Notes under the pieces: model-generated | The model's database searches: none | Seen by the model: only the letters and a program-made list of their open reading frames with translations | Told to the model about the DNA's origin: nothing | In this document: positions 1-8,195 of the stretch, piece after piece | Layout: each line of letters begins with the position of its first letter | Position numbering within the stretch: the stretch's first letter is position 1 | Made by a program: the position numbers and the translations under genes | Source: an uncultured Gemmatimonadales bacterium | Lineage (GTDB): Bacteria > Gemmatimonadota > Gemmatimonadetes > Longimicrobiales > Longimicrobiaceae | Assembly: GCA_963716255.1 (NCBI GenBank) | Contig: OY970303.1 | Coordinates: 7,767,217 to 7,791,216 of the forward strand | Length of the DNA stretch: 24,000 bases | Direction: 5' to 3'

Positions 1-345
1 GTGGACGGCGTGCTCGACCTGCACGGCCGCGTGGTGCCGGTGCTCTCGCTGCGGCGGCGCTTCGGCCTCCCCGACCGACCGCTCCGCCCCGACGACGTGT
101 TCGTGGTCGCCACGGTCGCGGGGCGCGTGGTCGCGCTCCGCGCCGACGCCGCGCTCGGCATCGCCCGCGTGGACCCCGCCGGCGTGGTGCCCGCCGCACA
201 GGTGGTCGCGGCATCCGGGCACGTGGGCGGCGTGGCGCGGCTCCCGGACGGGCTCGCGCTGATCCACGACCTGCGCACCTTCCTTTCCGGGGCCGAGGCC
301 GCCGGGGTGGACGCGGCGCTGGCCGCCGCGGAGCGGGGCGCGTGA
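1..345 (+). CDS. cheW: CheW-like coupling protein, C-terminal part (5' end lies outside the window)
   Basis: The frame is open from the window edge. It shows CheW-domain sequence (VPVLSLRRRFGL, VVALRADAALGIARV, GVARLPDGLALIHDL). The stop TGA at 343-345 overlaps the next gene's GTG start (GTGA). Confidence 0.8.
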   Translation: MDGVLDLHGRVVPVLSLRRRFGLPDRPLRPDDVFVVATVAGRVVALRADAALGIARVDPAGVVPAAQVVAASGHVGGVARLPDGLALIHDLRTFLSGAEAAGVDAALAAAERGA

Positions 346-1715
346 GGCCGGCGGCGGTCGCCGAGGTGCTGCGCCTGGCCGGAGAGCGCGCGGGGCTGGT
401 CTTTTCCGCCGGGCAGGCGGAGCTCGCGGCGGCCGGGGTGCGGCGCGCCATGCAGCGCGCGGGGGTGCACGACCCGGCGGACTTCCTGGGGCTGGCCGCG
501 GCGGGGACGGGCGCGTGGGAGGTGCTGCTGGAGGAGCTGTCCGTGGGGGAAACGTACTTCTTCCGCGAGCCGGACCAGCTCGCCTTCATCCGCGACACCG
601 TGCTCCCGGAGCTCGCCGCGCGCGGCGGGCCGGCGGGGGTGCGCGCCTGGAGCGCCGCCTGCGCCACCGGCGAGGAAGCGTACACCCTCGCCATGCTGCT
701 GGGCGACGCCGGGTGCCCCGCCTTCCGCGTGCTGGGCACCGACGTGGTGCGCAGCCGGCTGGACGCCGCCGGGCGCGGCTCGTATCGCCGCTGGTCGCTG
801 CGCGGCGTCCCGGACGCCGCGGCCGAGCGCTGGTTCGGGCGCGAGGGCGACCGCTTCCGGGTGCGCGACGAGGTGCGGGCTGCGGTCGGTTTCGCCCCGC
901 TCAACCTGGCCGACCCGCGCCGGGCGTACGTCGCCGCGGGCGCCTGGGGGATGGACCTGGTCCTTTGCCGCAACGTCCTCATCTACCTGGACGACGCCAC
1001 CACCCGCCACGTGGCCACGCGCCTGATGGACGCGCTCGCCCCCGGCGGATGGCTCTTCCTGGGCGCCTCCGATCCGCCGCTCGCCGGGCTGGTCCCCTGC
1101 GAGGTGGTGACGACCGGCGGCGGCATCGCCTACCGCAGGCCCGCGCGCCCCGCGGCTCCGGCCCCCGCTTCCGCGCCGTCCGCCCGGTCCCCCGCCGGGG
1201 CGCCCCCGCGCGCCGCCGCGCCGCCCCTCGCCGCGACCCCGGCCGACCCCCCGCCGACGGCGTCCGCGCCCGCGGCGCCCGCTGCCCCCACCGCGCCCGC
1301 CGAGCCCGATGCCGACGAGGCCGCCGCGCGGGTGCGCGCCCTCGCCGACCGCGGCGAGCTGGACGAGGCAGCGTCCGCGTGCGCCGCGGCGCTGCGCGGG
1401 CACCGCGACTCCCCCGAGCTGCTGGTGCTCCACTCCACGCTCCTCTTCACCGCCCGCCGCTTCGCCGAAGCCGCCGCCGCGGCGCGGCGCGCGCTCTATC
1501 TGGACCGCGGCTGCGCCGTCGCGCACCTGGCGCTGGGCAGCGCGGCGGCGCGCTCGGGCGACGCCGCGGTGGCCCGACGCGCCCTGCGCAACGCCGCCGA
1601 CCTCCTGCGCTCCCATCCCGCCGGGGAGGTGGTCCCCGCCTCCGGCGGCGAGGCCGCGGCGCGGCTCCTCGCCGTCGCCGAGGCGCAGCTCCAAGTACTC
1701 GGGGAGGTGGCGTGA
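342..1715 (+). CDS. cheR: Chemotaxis protein methyltransferase CheR with C-terminal TPR-like domain
   Basis: 457-aa ORF with CheR SAM-methyltransferase motifs (GETYFFREPDQLAFI, RAWSAACATGEEAYTLAMLL, DLVLCRNVLIYL). A roughly 70-aa Pro/Ala-rich linker is followed by helical TPR-like repeats. There are 4-nt overlaps with both flanking genes. Confidence 0.9.
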   Translation: MRPAAVAEVLRLAGERAGLVFSAGQAELAAAGVRRAMQRAGVHDPADFLGLAAAGTGAWEVLLEELSVGETYFFREPDQLAFIRDTVLPELAARGGPAGVRAWSAACATGEEAYTLAMLLGDAGCPAFRVLGTDVVRSRLDAAGRGSYRRWSLRGVPDAAAERWFGREGDRFRVRDEVRAAVGFAPLNLADPRRAYVAAGAWGMDLVLCRNVLIYLDDATTRHVATRLMDALAPGGWLFLGASDPPLAGLVPCEVVTTGGGIAYRRPARPAAPAPASAPSARSPAGAPPRAAAPPLAATPADPPPTASAPAAPAAPTAPAEPDADEAAARVRALADRGELDEAASACAAALRGHRDSPELLVLHSTLLFTARRFAEAAAAARRALYLDRGCAVAHLALGSAAARSGDAAVARRALRNAADLLRSHPAGEVVPASGGEAAARLLAVAEAQLQVLGEVA

Positions 1716-2299
1716 CGCCGCCGCGCCGCGCCCCGGCGGTCGACCTGGCGGAGGCCCGGCGGCGGGTGGAGGAGGCCGGGCACGCGCTGGCGCACGGCCC
1801 CGCGCCGTCCCCGGAGGGCGACCGCCGCGTGCTGGAGGAGCGCGCGCGGCTCCTCGCGCGCCCGGACGCGCCGGAAGCGTCCGGATACGAGCTGGAGCTG
1901 GTGACCTTTTCCCTCGCCGGCGAGCGCTTCGCCATCGACGCCGGGTACCTGCTGGCCGTCGCCCGCGTGGAGCGCGTGACCACCGTGCCGGGCACCGACC
2001 CCACCGTCTACGGGGTCATGGCGTGGCGCGGCGAGCTGCTCCTGATCCGCGACTACCGCACCCTCCTGGGGCTCGCCGCCGACCCGGACAGGGCGCCCGG
2101 GTGCGTGCTGGTGGCCGGCGAGGATCGCCCCGCCTTCGGCATACTGGCCGACGAGCCCGGGGAGTTCGTGCGCATCCCCGCCTCGCAGGTGCACCCGGCT
2201 CCCGGGAGGGAGGACGTGGGGCTGAACATCGTGCGCGGGGTGACCGGCGGGATGCTGATGGTGCTGGACGCCGTGGAGCTGTGGAACCTACATGGATGA
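1712..2299 (+). CDS. cheW: CheW-like coupling protein
   Basis: An in-frame GTG at 1712 overlaps the cheR stop (GTGA). CheW domain sequence is present (LELVTFSLAGERFAIDAGYLLAV, VYGVMAWRGELLLIRD, GMLMVLDAVEL). The longer ORF from 515 lies out of frame inside cheR and is Arg/Pro-rich, so it was rejected. The exact start is uncertain. Confidence 0.82.
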   Translation: MTPPRRAPAVDLAEARRRVEEAGHALAHGPAPSPEGDRRVLEERARLLARPDAPEASGYELELVTFSLAGERFAIDAGYLLAVARVERVTTVPGTDPTVYGVMAWRGELLLIRDYRTLLGLAADPDRAPGCVLVAGEDRPAFGILADEPGEFVRIPASQVHPAPGREDVGLNIVRGVTGGMLMVLDAVELWNLHG

Positions 2300-2314
2300 C
2301 ACAAGGAGGAGCCG

Positions 2315-3793
2315 GTGCAGAAGACGGTGAGCCGCCGCATCGCGTCGGGCTTCGCGGTGGCGCTGGGGCTGATGCTGGTGGTGACGGCGGTGGCGGGGCT
2401 CGCACTGCACCAGGCCACCCGGGCGTACCAGGCCGCGCTGAAGCAGCAGCGGAACAACGAGATCCCCGCGCTGGAGACCCGGCTGGCGTACATGGAGGCG
2501 AACCTCAACTTCGTCCGCTACCTCCTGGCGCCCTCCGACAACTGGTCCCGGCGGCGCGAAACGGCGGTCGCGGGCGTCATGGCCCAGCTGGACACGCTGC
2601 GGCGCACCTCCCACAGCCCCGAGGCGCGCGAGCTCTGGCAGGACGCCATCGCGTCCATGTCGGACTGGAACGACGCCTCGCGCGATGCCATGGAAGCGGC
2701 GCGCAGCGGGAGCATGGCCGACGCGCTGCGCATCCGCGACACGCGCACCTTCCCCACCGGCACGGCGTTCATCCGGGCGGTGGATGACGGCCTGCAGGCG
2801 GAGCGCCGCGAGACCGACGACACCGTCAGGGCGGCCGAGAAGGCCGCACGCTGGACGATGTGGGGGCTCGCCGGCGCCGCGCTCCTCGCGCTGGTGGTGG
2901 GCGTCGCCTCGGCGCTGCGCCTGTACCGCGACGTGAGCGACCCGCTGCGCGAGTCCACCGGCGTGCTCGCCTCCAGCGCAAGCGAGATCCTCGCCGCCAC
3001 CCGGCAGCAGGCCGCCGGCGCCAGCCAGTCCATGGCCGCCGTGGCCGAGACCGCCGCCACCGTCGACCAGGTGGCCCAGACCGCCGAGCAGGCGGCGCAG
3101 CGGGCCCGCATGGTGGCCGAGTCGGCGCAGCGCACCGCCGAGATCGGCAAGACCGGGCGCCGCGCCGTGGAGGAGTCACAGGCCTCCATGGCCGGGGTGC
3201 GCGAGCAGGTGGAGTCCATCGCCGCCAGCATCCTCGCCCTCGCCGAGCAGGCCCAGGCCATCGGCGAGATCATCGCCACGGTGGACGATATCGCCGGGCA
3301 GACCAACCTGCTCGCCCTGAACGCCGCCATCGAGGCGTCGCGCGCCGGCGAGTACGGCCGCGGCTTCGCCGTGGTCGCGCAGGAGATCCGCAGCCTGGCG
3401 GAGCAGTCGCGGGGCGCCACCGTGCAGGTCCGCCAGCTCCTGGGCGAGATCCAGCGCGCCACCACCACCGCGGTGATGACCACCGAGGAGGGGACCAAGC
3501 AGGCCGCCGTGGGCGCGCGCCAGGTCGCCGAGGCCGGCGACACCATCCGCCTCCTCGCCGAGACCGCCTCCGACGCCGCGCAGGCCGCCGCGCAGATCGT
3601 GGCCTCCGCCGGGCAGCAGGCCTCGGGGATGGGGCAGATCCGCCAGGCCATGCGCGACATCCAGACGGCCACCCAGCAGAACCTGTCCGCCACCCAGCAG
3701 ACCGAGCGCGCCGCCCAGGACCTGAGCCGCATCGGCCTGTCGCTGATGGAGCTGGTGGGGACCGACCGCCGGGCGGGGCCGCGCCCGGGATGA
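2315..3793 (+). CDS. Methyl-accepting chemotaxis protein (two TM segments, ~150-aa periplasmic domain)
   Basis: The GTG start at 2315 follows AAGGAGGA (2303-2310). Hydrophobic segments are [19 protein letters not shown] and [19 protein letters not shown]. The conserved MCP hairpin-tip sequence is present ([40 protein letters not shown]). Confidence 0.92.
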   Translation: MQKTVSRRIASGFAVALGLMLVVTAVAGLALHQATRAYQAALKQQRNNEIPALETRLAYMEANLNFVRYLLAPSDNWSRRRETAVAGVMAQLDTLRRTSHSPEARELWQDAIASMSDWNDASRDAMEAARSGSMADALRIRDTRTFPTGTAFIRAVDDGLQAERRETDDTVRAAEKAARWTMWGLAGAALLALVVGVASALRLYRDVSDPLRESTGVLASSASEILAATRQQAAGASQSMAAVAETAATVDQVAQTAEQAAQRARMVAESAQRTAEIGKTGRRAVEESQASMAGVREQVESIAASILALAEQAQAIGEIIATVDDIAGQTNLLALNAAIEASRAGEYGRGFAVVAQEIRSLAEQSRGATVQVRQLLGEIQRATTTAVMTTEEGTKQAAVGARQVAEAGDTIRLLAETASDAAQAAAQIVASAGQQASGMGQIRQAMRDIQTATQQNLSATQQTERAAQDLSRIGLSLMELVGTDRRAGPRPG

Positions 3794-5958
3794 GCCGCGG
3801 CTCGCTGGCCGCGCGGCTCCTGGCCGCGTTCCTGGAGGACCTGGACGAGCAGCTCCGCGCCATGGACGCCGACCTGCTCGCGCTGGAGGCGAACCCCGCC
3901 GACGGGGAGCGCCTCCGCTCGCTCTTCCGCGTCGCCCACACCGTCAAGGGCGCCGCGCGCGCCGCCTCCGTCCCCCTGGTGGAGGAGGCCTGCCACGCGC
4001 TGGAGGCGCGCCTGTCCGACCTCCGCGACGGCGCCCGCTCGCTGGACGCCGCCGCCTTCCGCGCGCTCTTCGCCGCCGCGGACGCCCTGCGCGAGGCCGG
4101 CGCCCGGCTGGCCGCGGGCGAGCCGCTGGAGGGCTCGCGCGTGGAGCGGCTGGCCGGGCTGCTGCGCGAGCACGGCCTCGCCTTCCCGGAGGAGGCGCCC
4201 GCCCCGGAGGCCGCGGCCGCCGAGCGGGCCAACGGCCGGGTGCGGGTGGAGGCGGAAAAGCTGGACGCGCTCCTCGCCTCCGCAGTGCAGCTGATGTCCT
4301 CGCGCGGACGCATCGCCGCGCGCGTGTCCCGGGCGGCCGCGCTCCGCGACTCGCTGGCGCGCGCCGAGTCCCGGCACCGGCGCATGGCGCGCACCGTCCG
4401 CGCCGCACTGGAGCACGCCGGCGCTCCCCCCGCCGTGGCCGAGGGGCTGGCCGCCGCCGGCGAGGAGCTGCGCCACGCCGCCCGCGAGGCCGCCCGCCTC
4501 GCGGCCGAGGCCGCCGCCGAGGCGCGGGAGCTGGGGCAGGTCACCGACGAGCTCACCGAGCGCGTCCGCCGCCTGCGCCTGCGCCCCTTCGCGGACGCCT
4601 GCGAGGCGCTCCCGCGCGTGGCCCGCGACGTGGCCGCGGCCGCGGGCCGGGAGGTGCGGCTGGTGGTGCGCGGCGGCGAGGTGCAGGCCGACCGCGGGGT
4701 GATCGAGGGGCTTCGCGAGGCGCTGCTGCACCTGGTGAGGAACGCCGTGGACCACGGCATCGAGCCGCCCGAGGAGCGGGAGGCGCGCGGCAAGCCCCGC
4801 GCGGGGACGCTCACGGTCTCCGCCGCGCTTCACCGCGAGCGCATGACCGTCACCGTGGAGGACGACGGCCGGGGGATCGACACCGGCGCCGTGCGCGCCG
4901 CGCTGGAGCGCCGCGGCCTCCCCGTCCCGGCCGACGAGCGCGAGCTGGCGCGGTCCCTCTTCGCCCCCGGGCTGAGCACCCGCACCGAGGCCACACGCAT
5001 CTCCGGGCGCGGCGTGGGGCTGGACGCCGTGCGCGCCGCCGCCGAGCGCGTCCGCGGCACGCTGGACGTCACCTGGACCACGGGCGCCGGGGCGACCTTC
5101 GTGCTGGAAACGCCGCTGGTGCTCGCCACGCTGCGCGCGCTGCTGGTGAGGGTGGGCGACCACCTGCTGGCGCTCCCCACCTCGGCCGTGGACGCCCTGG
5201 TCCGCATCCCCCCCGGGGCGGTGCACCGCGCCGACGGCCGCGACCTCGCCGTGCTGGACGACGTCCCCGTGCAGGTGGCCTCCCTCGCCCGCATCCTGGG
5301 CCCGCCGCTGCGCGAGGCCCGCGACCCCGGCGCGCCGCTGGTGGCCGCGCTGCTGCGCTCCGGCGGCCGCCGCTTCGCCGCGGTGGTCGACGAGCCCGTC
5401 GGCGAGCTGGAGGTGGTCGTGCGCCCCCTGGAGCGCCCCGAGGGCCCTCTCCCGCACCTCCTGGGCGCTGCCATCCTGGGCACCGGCGAGGTGGCGCTGG
5501 TGCTCAGCCCGGCCAGCCTGGTGGAGGCCGCCGGCGCCCTGGCCGGAGGAGAGCCGCTGGCCGGGACCGGGGCGGACGCCGCGCCCCCCGCCCGGCACCG
5601 CGTCCTGGTGGTGGACGACTCCATCACCACCCGCACCCTGGAGCAGAGCACCCTGGAGGCGGCCGGCTACGAAGTGGCGGTCGCCGTCGACGGCGAGGCC
5701 GCCTGGGCGCGGCTCCAGCAGGGGGGGATCGAGGTGGTGGTCACCGACGTGGAGATGCCGCGCATGGGCGGCATCGAGCTGTGCCAGGCGATCCGCGCCT
5801 CCGAGCGCTTCGCCTCGCTCCCCGTGGTCCTGGTGACCTCGCTGGACTCCGCAGAGCACCGGGCGCGCGGCCTGGAGGCCGGCGCCGACGCCTACGTCGG
5901 CAAGGCCGCCTTCGACCAGCAGGGGCTGCTCCAGATCATCCGCCAGCTGGTGGGGTGA
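3790..5958 (+). CDS. cheA: Hybrid chemotaxis histidine kinase CheA with C-terminal receiver domain
   Basis: The ATG at 3790 overlaps the mcp stop (ATGA). Domains seen are Hpt ([14 protein letters not shown]), an ATPase core ([23 protein letters not shown]), a CheW-like P5 domain ([17 protein letters not shown]) and a receiver ([25 protein letters not shown]). The product is 722 aa. Confidence 0.92.
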   Translation: MSRGSLAARLLAAFLEDLDEQLRAMDADLLALEANPADGERLRSLFRVAHTVKGAARAASVPLVEEACHALEARLSDLRDGARSLDAAAFRALFAAADALREAGARLAAGEPLEGSRVERLAGLLREHGLAFPEEAPAPEAAAAERANGRVRVEAEKLDALLASAVQLMSSRGRIAARVSRAAALRDSLARAESRHRRMARTVRAALEHAGAPPAVAEGLAAAGEELRHAAREAARLAAEAAAEARELGQVTDELTERVRRLRLRPFADACEALPRVARDVAAAAGREVRLVVRGGEVQADRGVIEGLREALLHLVRNAVDHGIEPPEEREARGKPRAGTLTVSAALHRERMTVTVEDDGRGIDTGAVRAALERRGLPVPADERELARSLFAPGLSTRTEATRISGRGVGLDAVRAAAERVRGTLDVTWTTGAGATFVLETPLVLATLRALLVRVGDHLLALPTSAVDALVRIPPGAVHRADGRDLAVLDDVPVQVASLARILGPPLREARDPGAPLVAALLRSGGRRFAAVVDEPVGELEVVVRPLERPEGPLPHLLGAAILGTGEVALVLSPASLVEAAGALAGGEPLAGTGADAAPPARHRVLVVDDSITTRTLEQSTLEAAGYEVAVAVDGEAAWARLQQGGIEVVVTDVEMPRMGGIELCQAIRASERFASLPVVLVTSLDSAEHRARGLEAGADAYVGKAAFDQQGLLQIIRQLVG

Positions 5959-5966
5959 GGAGCCCG

Positions 5967-7022
5967 ATGATCCGCGTGCTCGTCGCCGAGGACTCCCGGG
6001 CGGAGCGCGCGCTCCTGGTGTCCATCCTGGAGAGCGATCCCGCCATCCGGGTGGTGGGCGAGGCCGCCGACGGCGCGCAGGCCGTGGAGATGACGCTGCG
6101 CCTCCGCCCGGACCTCGTCACCATGGACGTGCACATGCCTCTCCTGGACGGGCTGGAGGCCACCCGCGAGATCATGGTCCGCGCCCCCACGCCCATCGTG
6201 GTGGTCTCCTCCAGCGTCCGTCCCGACGACATCACCCTGTCGCTGCGCGCCACCGGGGCCGGGGCCCTCGCCGCGGTCGCCAAGCCCGAGGGCCCCGCCT
6301 CGCCCCGCTTCGAGGAGGACCGCGCCCAGCTCGTATCCATGGTCCGGGCCATGGCCGACGTCAAGGTGGTGCGCCGCTGGAGCGCCCGCCCCGAGGGCGG
6401 GGTTCCCCCGGCGCCCACGCCCGCCCCGCGGGCCCCCGTGCGCCTGGTCGCGGTCGCCGCCTCCACCGGCGGCCCCGTCGCCCTCCAGACCCTCCTGTCC
6501 GCGCTCCCCGCCTCGTTCCCGGTCCCCGTGCTGGTGGTGCAGCACATGTCCCGTGGCTTCGTGGAGGTGCTGGCGCGCTGGCTCGGCACCGCCACCGCCC
6601 TGCGCGTCAGGGTCGCCGTGGCGGGCGAGCGCCTAGTCCCCGGCACCGTGTACCTCGCCCCCGACGACCAGCACCTGGGCACGACCCCCGACGGCGCCGC
6701 CGTGGAGCTGTCCGCCGCCCCGCCGCTGGAAGGCTTCCGTCCGTCCGCGTCGCACCTGTTCCGCTCCGCCGCCGCCGCGTACGGCGAGTCGCTGCTGGCG
6801 GTGATCCTCACCGGCATGGGGAGCGACGGCGTGCGCGGCCTGCGCGCGGCGCGGGCCGCCGGGGCGCTGGTGCTGGCCCAGGACGAGGAGTCCAGCGTGA
6901 TCTACGGGATGCCGCGGGAAGCGGTGCAGGCGGGAGTCGTGGGGGCCGTGCTGCCGCTCGAGTCCATCGGACCGCGGCTGGCGAGTCTTGTTTCCGCGAG
7001 TGGGGTGGACGATTTGTTCTGA
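5967..7022 (+). CDS. cheB: Chemotaxis response regulator protein-glutamate methylesterase CheB
   Basis: The ATG at 5967 lies 8 nt after the cheA stop. It has an N-terminal receiver (IRVLVAEDS, LVTMDVHMP) and a methylesterase domain (AASTGGP, LVVQHM, GMGSDG, IYGMPREA). The product is 351 aa. Confidence 0.92.
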   Translation: MIRVLVAEDSRAERALLVSILESDPAIRVVGEAADGAQAVEMTLRLRPDLVTMDVHMPLLDGLEATREIMVRAPTPIVVVSSSVRPDDITLSLRATGAGALAAVAKPEGPASPRFEEDRAQLVSMVRAMADVKVVRRWSARPEGGVPPAPTPAPRAPVRLVAVAASTGGPVALQTLLSALPASFPVPVLVVQHMSRGFVEVLARWLGTATALRVRVAVAGERLVPGTVYLAPDDQHLGTTPDGAAVELSAAPPLEGFRPSASHLFRSAAAAYGESLLAVILTGMGSDGVRGLRAARAAGALVLAQDEESSVIYGMPREAVQAGVVGAVLPLESIGPRLASLVSASGVDDLF

Positions 7023-7032
7023 ACGGGGAAGG

Positions 7033-7176
7033 GAACTGACGGTTTTGGGCGTGCCCCCGGCTGGCGCCGGGGTCGGGCTTCGGCTCCGTAGGGCTGCAAA
7101 CAACGCAGCCCAACGGAGTCGAGCCCCGCGAAACGGCCCGCGGGTCTCGCCCCTTCGGGCCGGAATCCCTCACGCG
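7033..7176 (+). repeat. R1 multi-hairpin repeat, copy A, 5' body
   Basis: This aligns with 10084-10230, including an identical 44-nt block (7047-7090 = 10097-10140). Hairpins are CCCCGGC-TGGC-GCCGGGG (7055-7072), GGGCTGC-AAACAAC-GCAGCCC (7091-7111, nested in the CTCCGT/ACGGAG outer stem) and GAG-C-CCCGCG-AAACGGCC-CGCGGG-T-CTC (7121-7148). Confidence 0.9.
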
Positions 7177-7415
7177 GGGCTCGCGCTGGCGTCGGCTGGC
7201 CCCCCACCCGGCTCGCTTGAGGCTCGCCACCCTCCCCCGCAAGCGAGGGAGGGCTGACCGAAGGTCAGGCAGTTTGCCGTTGCGACCTGCGCCGGGAGGT
7301 CGGGGAAGGCTGCGCAGGAGGTGCGTTGTTCGAAGCCAGCGTGATCCCGCCCTCGCACGGAGCGTGAGCGAGTGCTCTGCGAGTCCCTTCGGGTTCCGCA
7401 CCGACGGAGCAGCCG
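7177..7415 (-). repeat. ~240-nt mosaic segment inserted inside R1 copy A (inverted relative to the related mosaic at 12941-13090)
   Basis: This segment is absent from R1 copy B, where body and tail are only about 14 nt apart. It contains the inverted R2 copy (7198-7253). It also has perfect small hairpins CTGACC-GAA-GGTCAG (7254-7268) and GACCT-GCGCCGGG-AGGTC (7285-7302). Weaker similarity to the reverse complement of 12941-13031 includes TTTGCCGTT vs TTTGTCGTT and ACGGAGC. Confidence 0.7.
7198..7253 (-). repeat. R2 repeat, copy A (inverted): hairpin plus conserved 29-nt box
   Basis: The reverse complement reads CCCTCCC-TCGCTTGCGG-GGGAGGG followed by TGGCGAGCCTCAAGCGAGCCGGGTGGGGGGCC. This box matches the one at 13056-13086 apart from one extra G, and it matches 10319-10349 closely. 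Confidence 0.88.
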
Positions 7416-7463
7416 CCCCCGGCCGACCCCAAACACCGGAGGCTGCCGAAGCACACCGTCGTT
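7416..7463 (+). repeat. R1 repeat, copy A, 3' tail
   Basis: CCCCCGGCCGACCCCAAACACCGGAGGCTGCCGAAGCACACCGTCGTT aligns with 10245-10290 (CCCCCGGCCAACTCAAACACCGGAGCCCGCCGGAGCACACGCTGTT). Confidence 0.75.
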
Positions 7464-7469
7464 CTCTCC

Positions 7470-8009
7470 CTACTCGGCGGCCTCCACCATCTCCAGCACC
7501 TCGCGGAGGGTGGTCTCTCCCCGGTCGCGCGCGTACCACTTCCGCACGTCCCGGTAGATCTCCTCCGGAGGTCGCGTGCCGGCGCTCTTTTCACGCAGCA
7601 CGAACTCCTGGAGCTCCGCGGGGCGCGGGCCCCAGCGGCCACGCGGGCGGAACTGCTCGTCGAGCAGGACGACGAGCGGGATGGAGCGGGCGGCGCCGGT
7701 CAGGTACGCGTCCATCAGCTCCGGGTTCTCGTCGCGCTTCACCACCCGCATCTCCAGCTGCGGCGCGGATCCGGCGAGCGCGGCGATCACCGGGACGGTG
7801 TTGGACGCGTCGCCGCACCAGTCCTCCGAGATCACCAGCAGCTTCCAGCTCCCCCCCGCCGCCGCCGCGCGCTCCAGCGCCCACCCGGGCACCCTCACCC
7901 CCCTCGCGACGCCCTCCCACAGGGCGCGGTTGGTCACCACCTCGTCCGCCATGTACGCGTCCCAGGTGAAGCCCCCGTCCCAGTACCCGCGGTAGTCCAG
8001 GTCCGCCAT
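7470..8009 (-). CDS. Thioredoxin-fold protein with single-Cys WCGD motif
   Basis: The 179-aa product runs from the ATG at 8009 (MADLDYRGYWDGG). A thioredoxin-like core is present (KLLVISEDWCGDASNTVPVIAALA, SIPLVVLLDEQF). The upstream part of the 237-aa ORF is Arg/Pro-rich and would run into the divergent gene's leader, so it was rejected. Confidence 0.78.
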   Translation of the reverse strand: MADLDYRGYWDGGFTWDAYMADEVVTNRALWEGVARGVRVPGWALERAAAAGGSWKLLVISEDWCGDASNTVPVIAALAGSAPQLEMRVVKRDENPELMDAYLTGAARSIPLVVLLDEQFRPRGRWGPRPAELQEFVLREKSAGTRPPEEIYRDVRKWYARDRGETTLREVLEMVEAAE

Positions 8010-8195
8010 TTCGGCTCCGCCAATCAGGTCGTGATCGTGCCGGCGCGCCCCCCGCGCCGCCAGTGCCCACGCCCCGTCCGCAAGCTGCGCACCCCGCCGA
8101 TCCGGACGGGGGCGGGCGTGGCTTTTGCATTCCCGCCCCGCTCGGCGCCCGAAGACCGGAGGGTCTTGGACCATCCACTTCAAACCAGACGGGAT

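Noticed and set aside
2518-5859. A 1113-aa ORF on the - strand, antisense to mcp and cheA. Similar very long shadow ORFs occur at 16176-19580 (+), 20283-23726 (+), 13225-15063 (+), 8063-10141 (+) and 20899-23838 (-).
   Set aside because: Their translations are Arg/Gly/Ala/Pro/His-rich low-complexity sequences with no recognisable motifs. The opposite or alternative frames encode proteins with clear family signatures. Long stop-free shadow frames are expected at this GC content.
6988-7257. ORFs 6988-7257 and 10101-10358 share an identical 25-aa stretch (PPAGAGVGLRLRRAANNAAQRSRAP). The four compensatory stem substitutions are all synonymous in that frame, hinting at a small conserved protein.
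   Set aside because: The 2+2-nt indel in the next hairpin shifts the frame, so the two predicted peptides are unrelated after that point. The ORF starts are not equivalent, since one begins inside cheB. All four substituted positions are spaced by multiples of 3 nt, so they share one codon phase, and phase 3 has about a 1 in 3 chance of occurring by accident. Structure conservation explains the data better.
7321-7340. GTTCGAA (7328-7334) resembles a tRNA T-loop, which might indicate a tRNA or tmRNA-like gene.
   Set aside because: The flanking bases do not form a T-stem. No acceptor, D or anticodon arms, and no CCA-adjacent acceptor pairing, could be built around it.
8010-8195. N-terminal extensions of the thioredoxin-fold ORF (to 8183) and of the eRF1-like ORF (from 8031).
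   Set aside because: The two extensions would overlap each other on opposite strands across the whole intergenic region. They are Arg/Pro-rich with no homology-like pattern. Internal ATGs at 8009 and 8196 give proteins that begin at the start of the recognisable domains.
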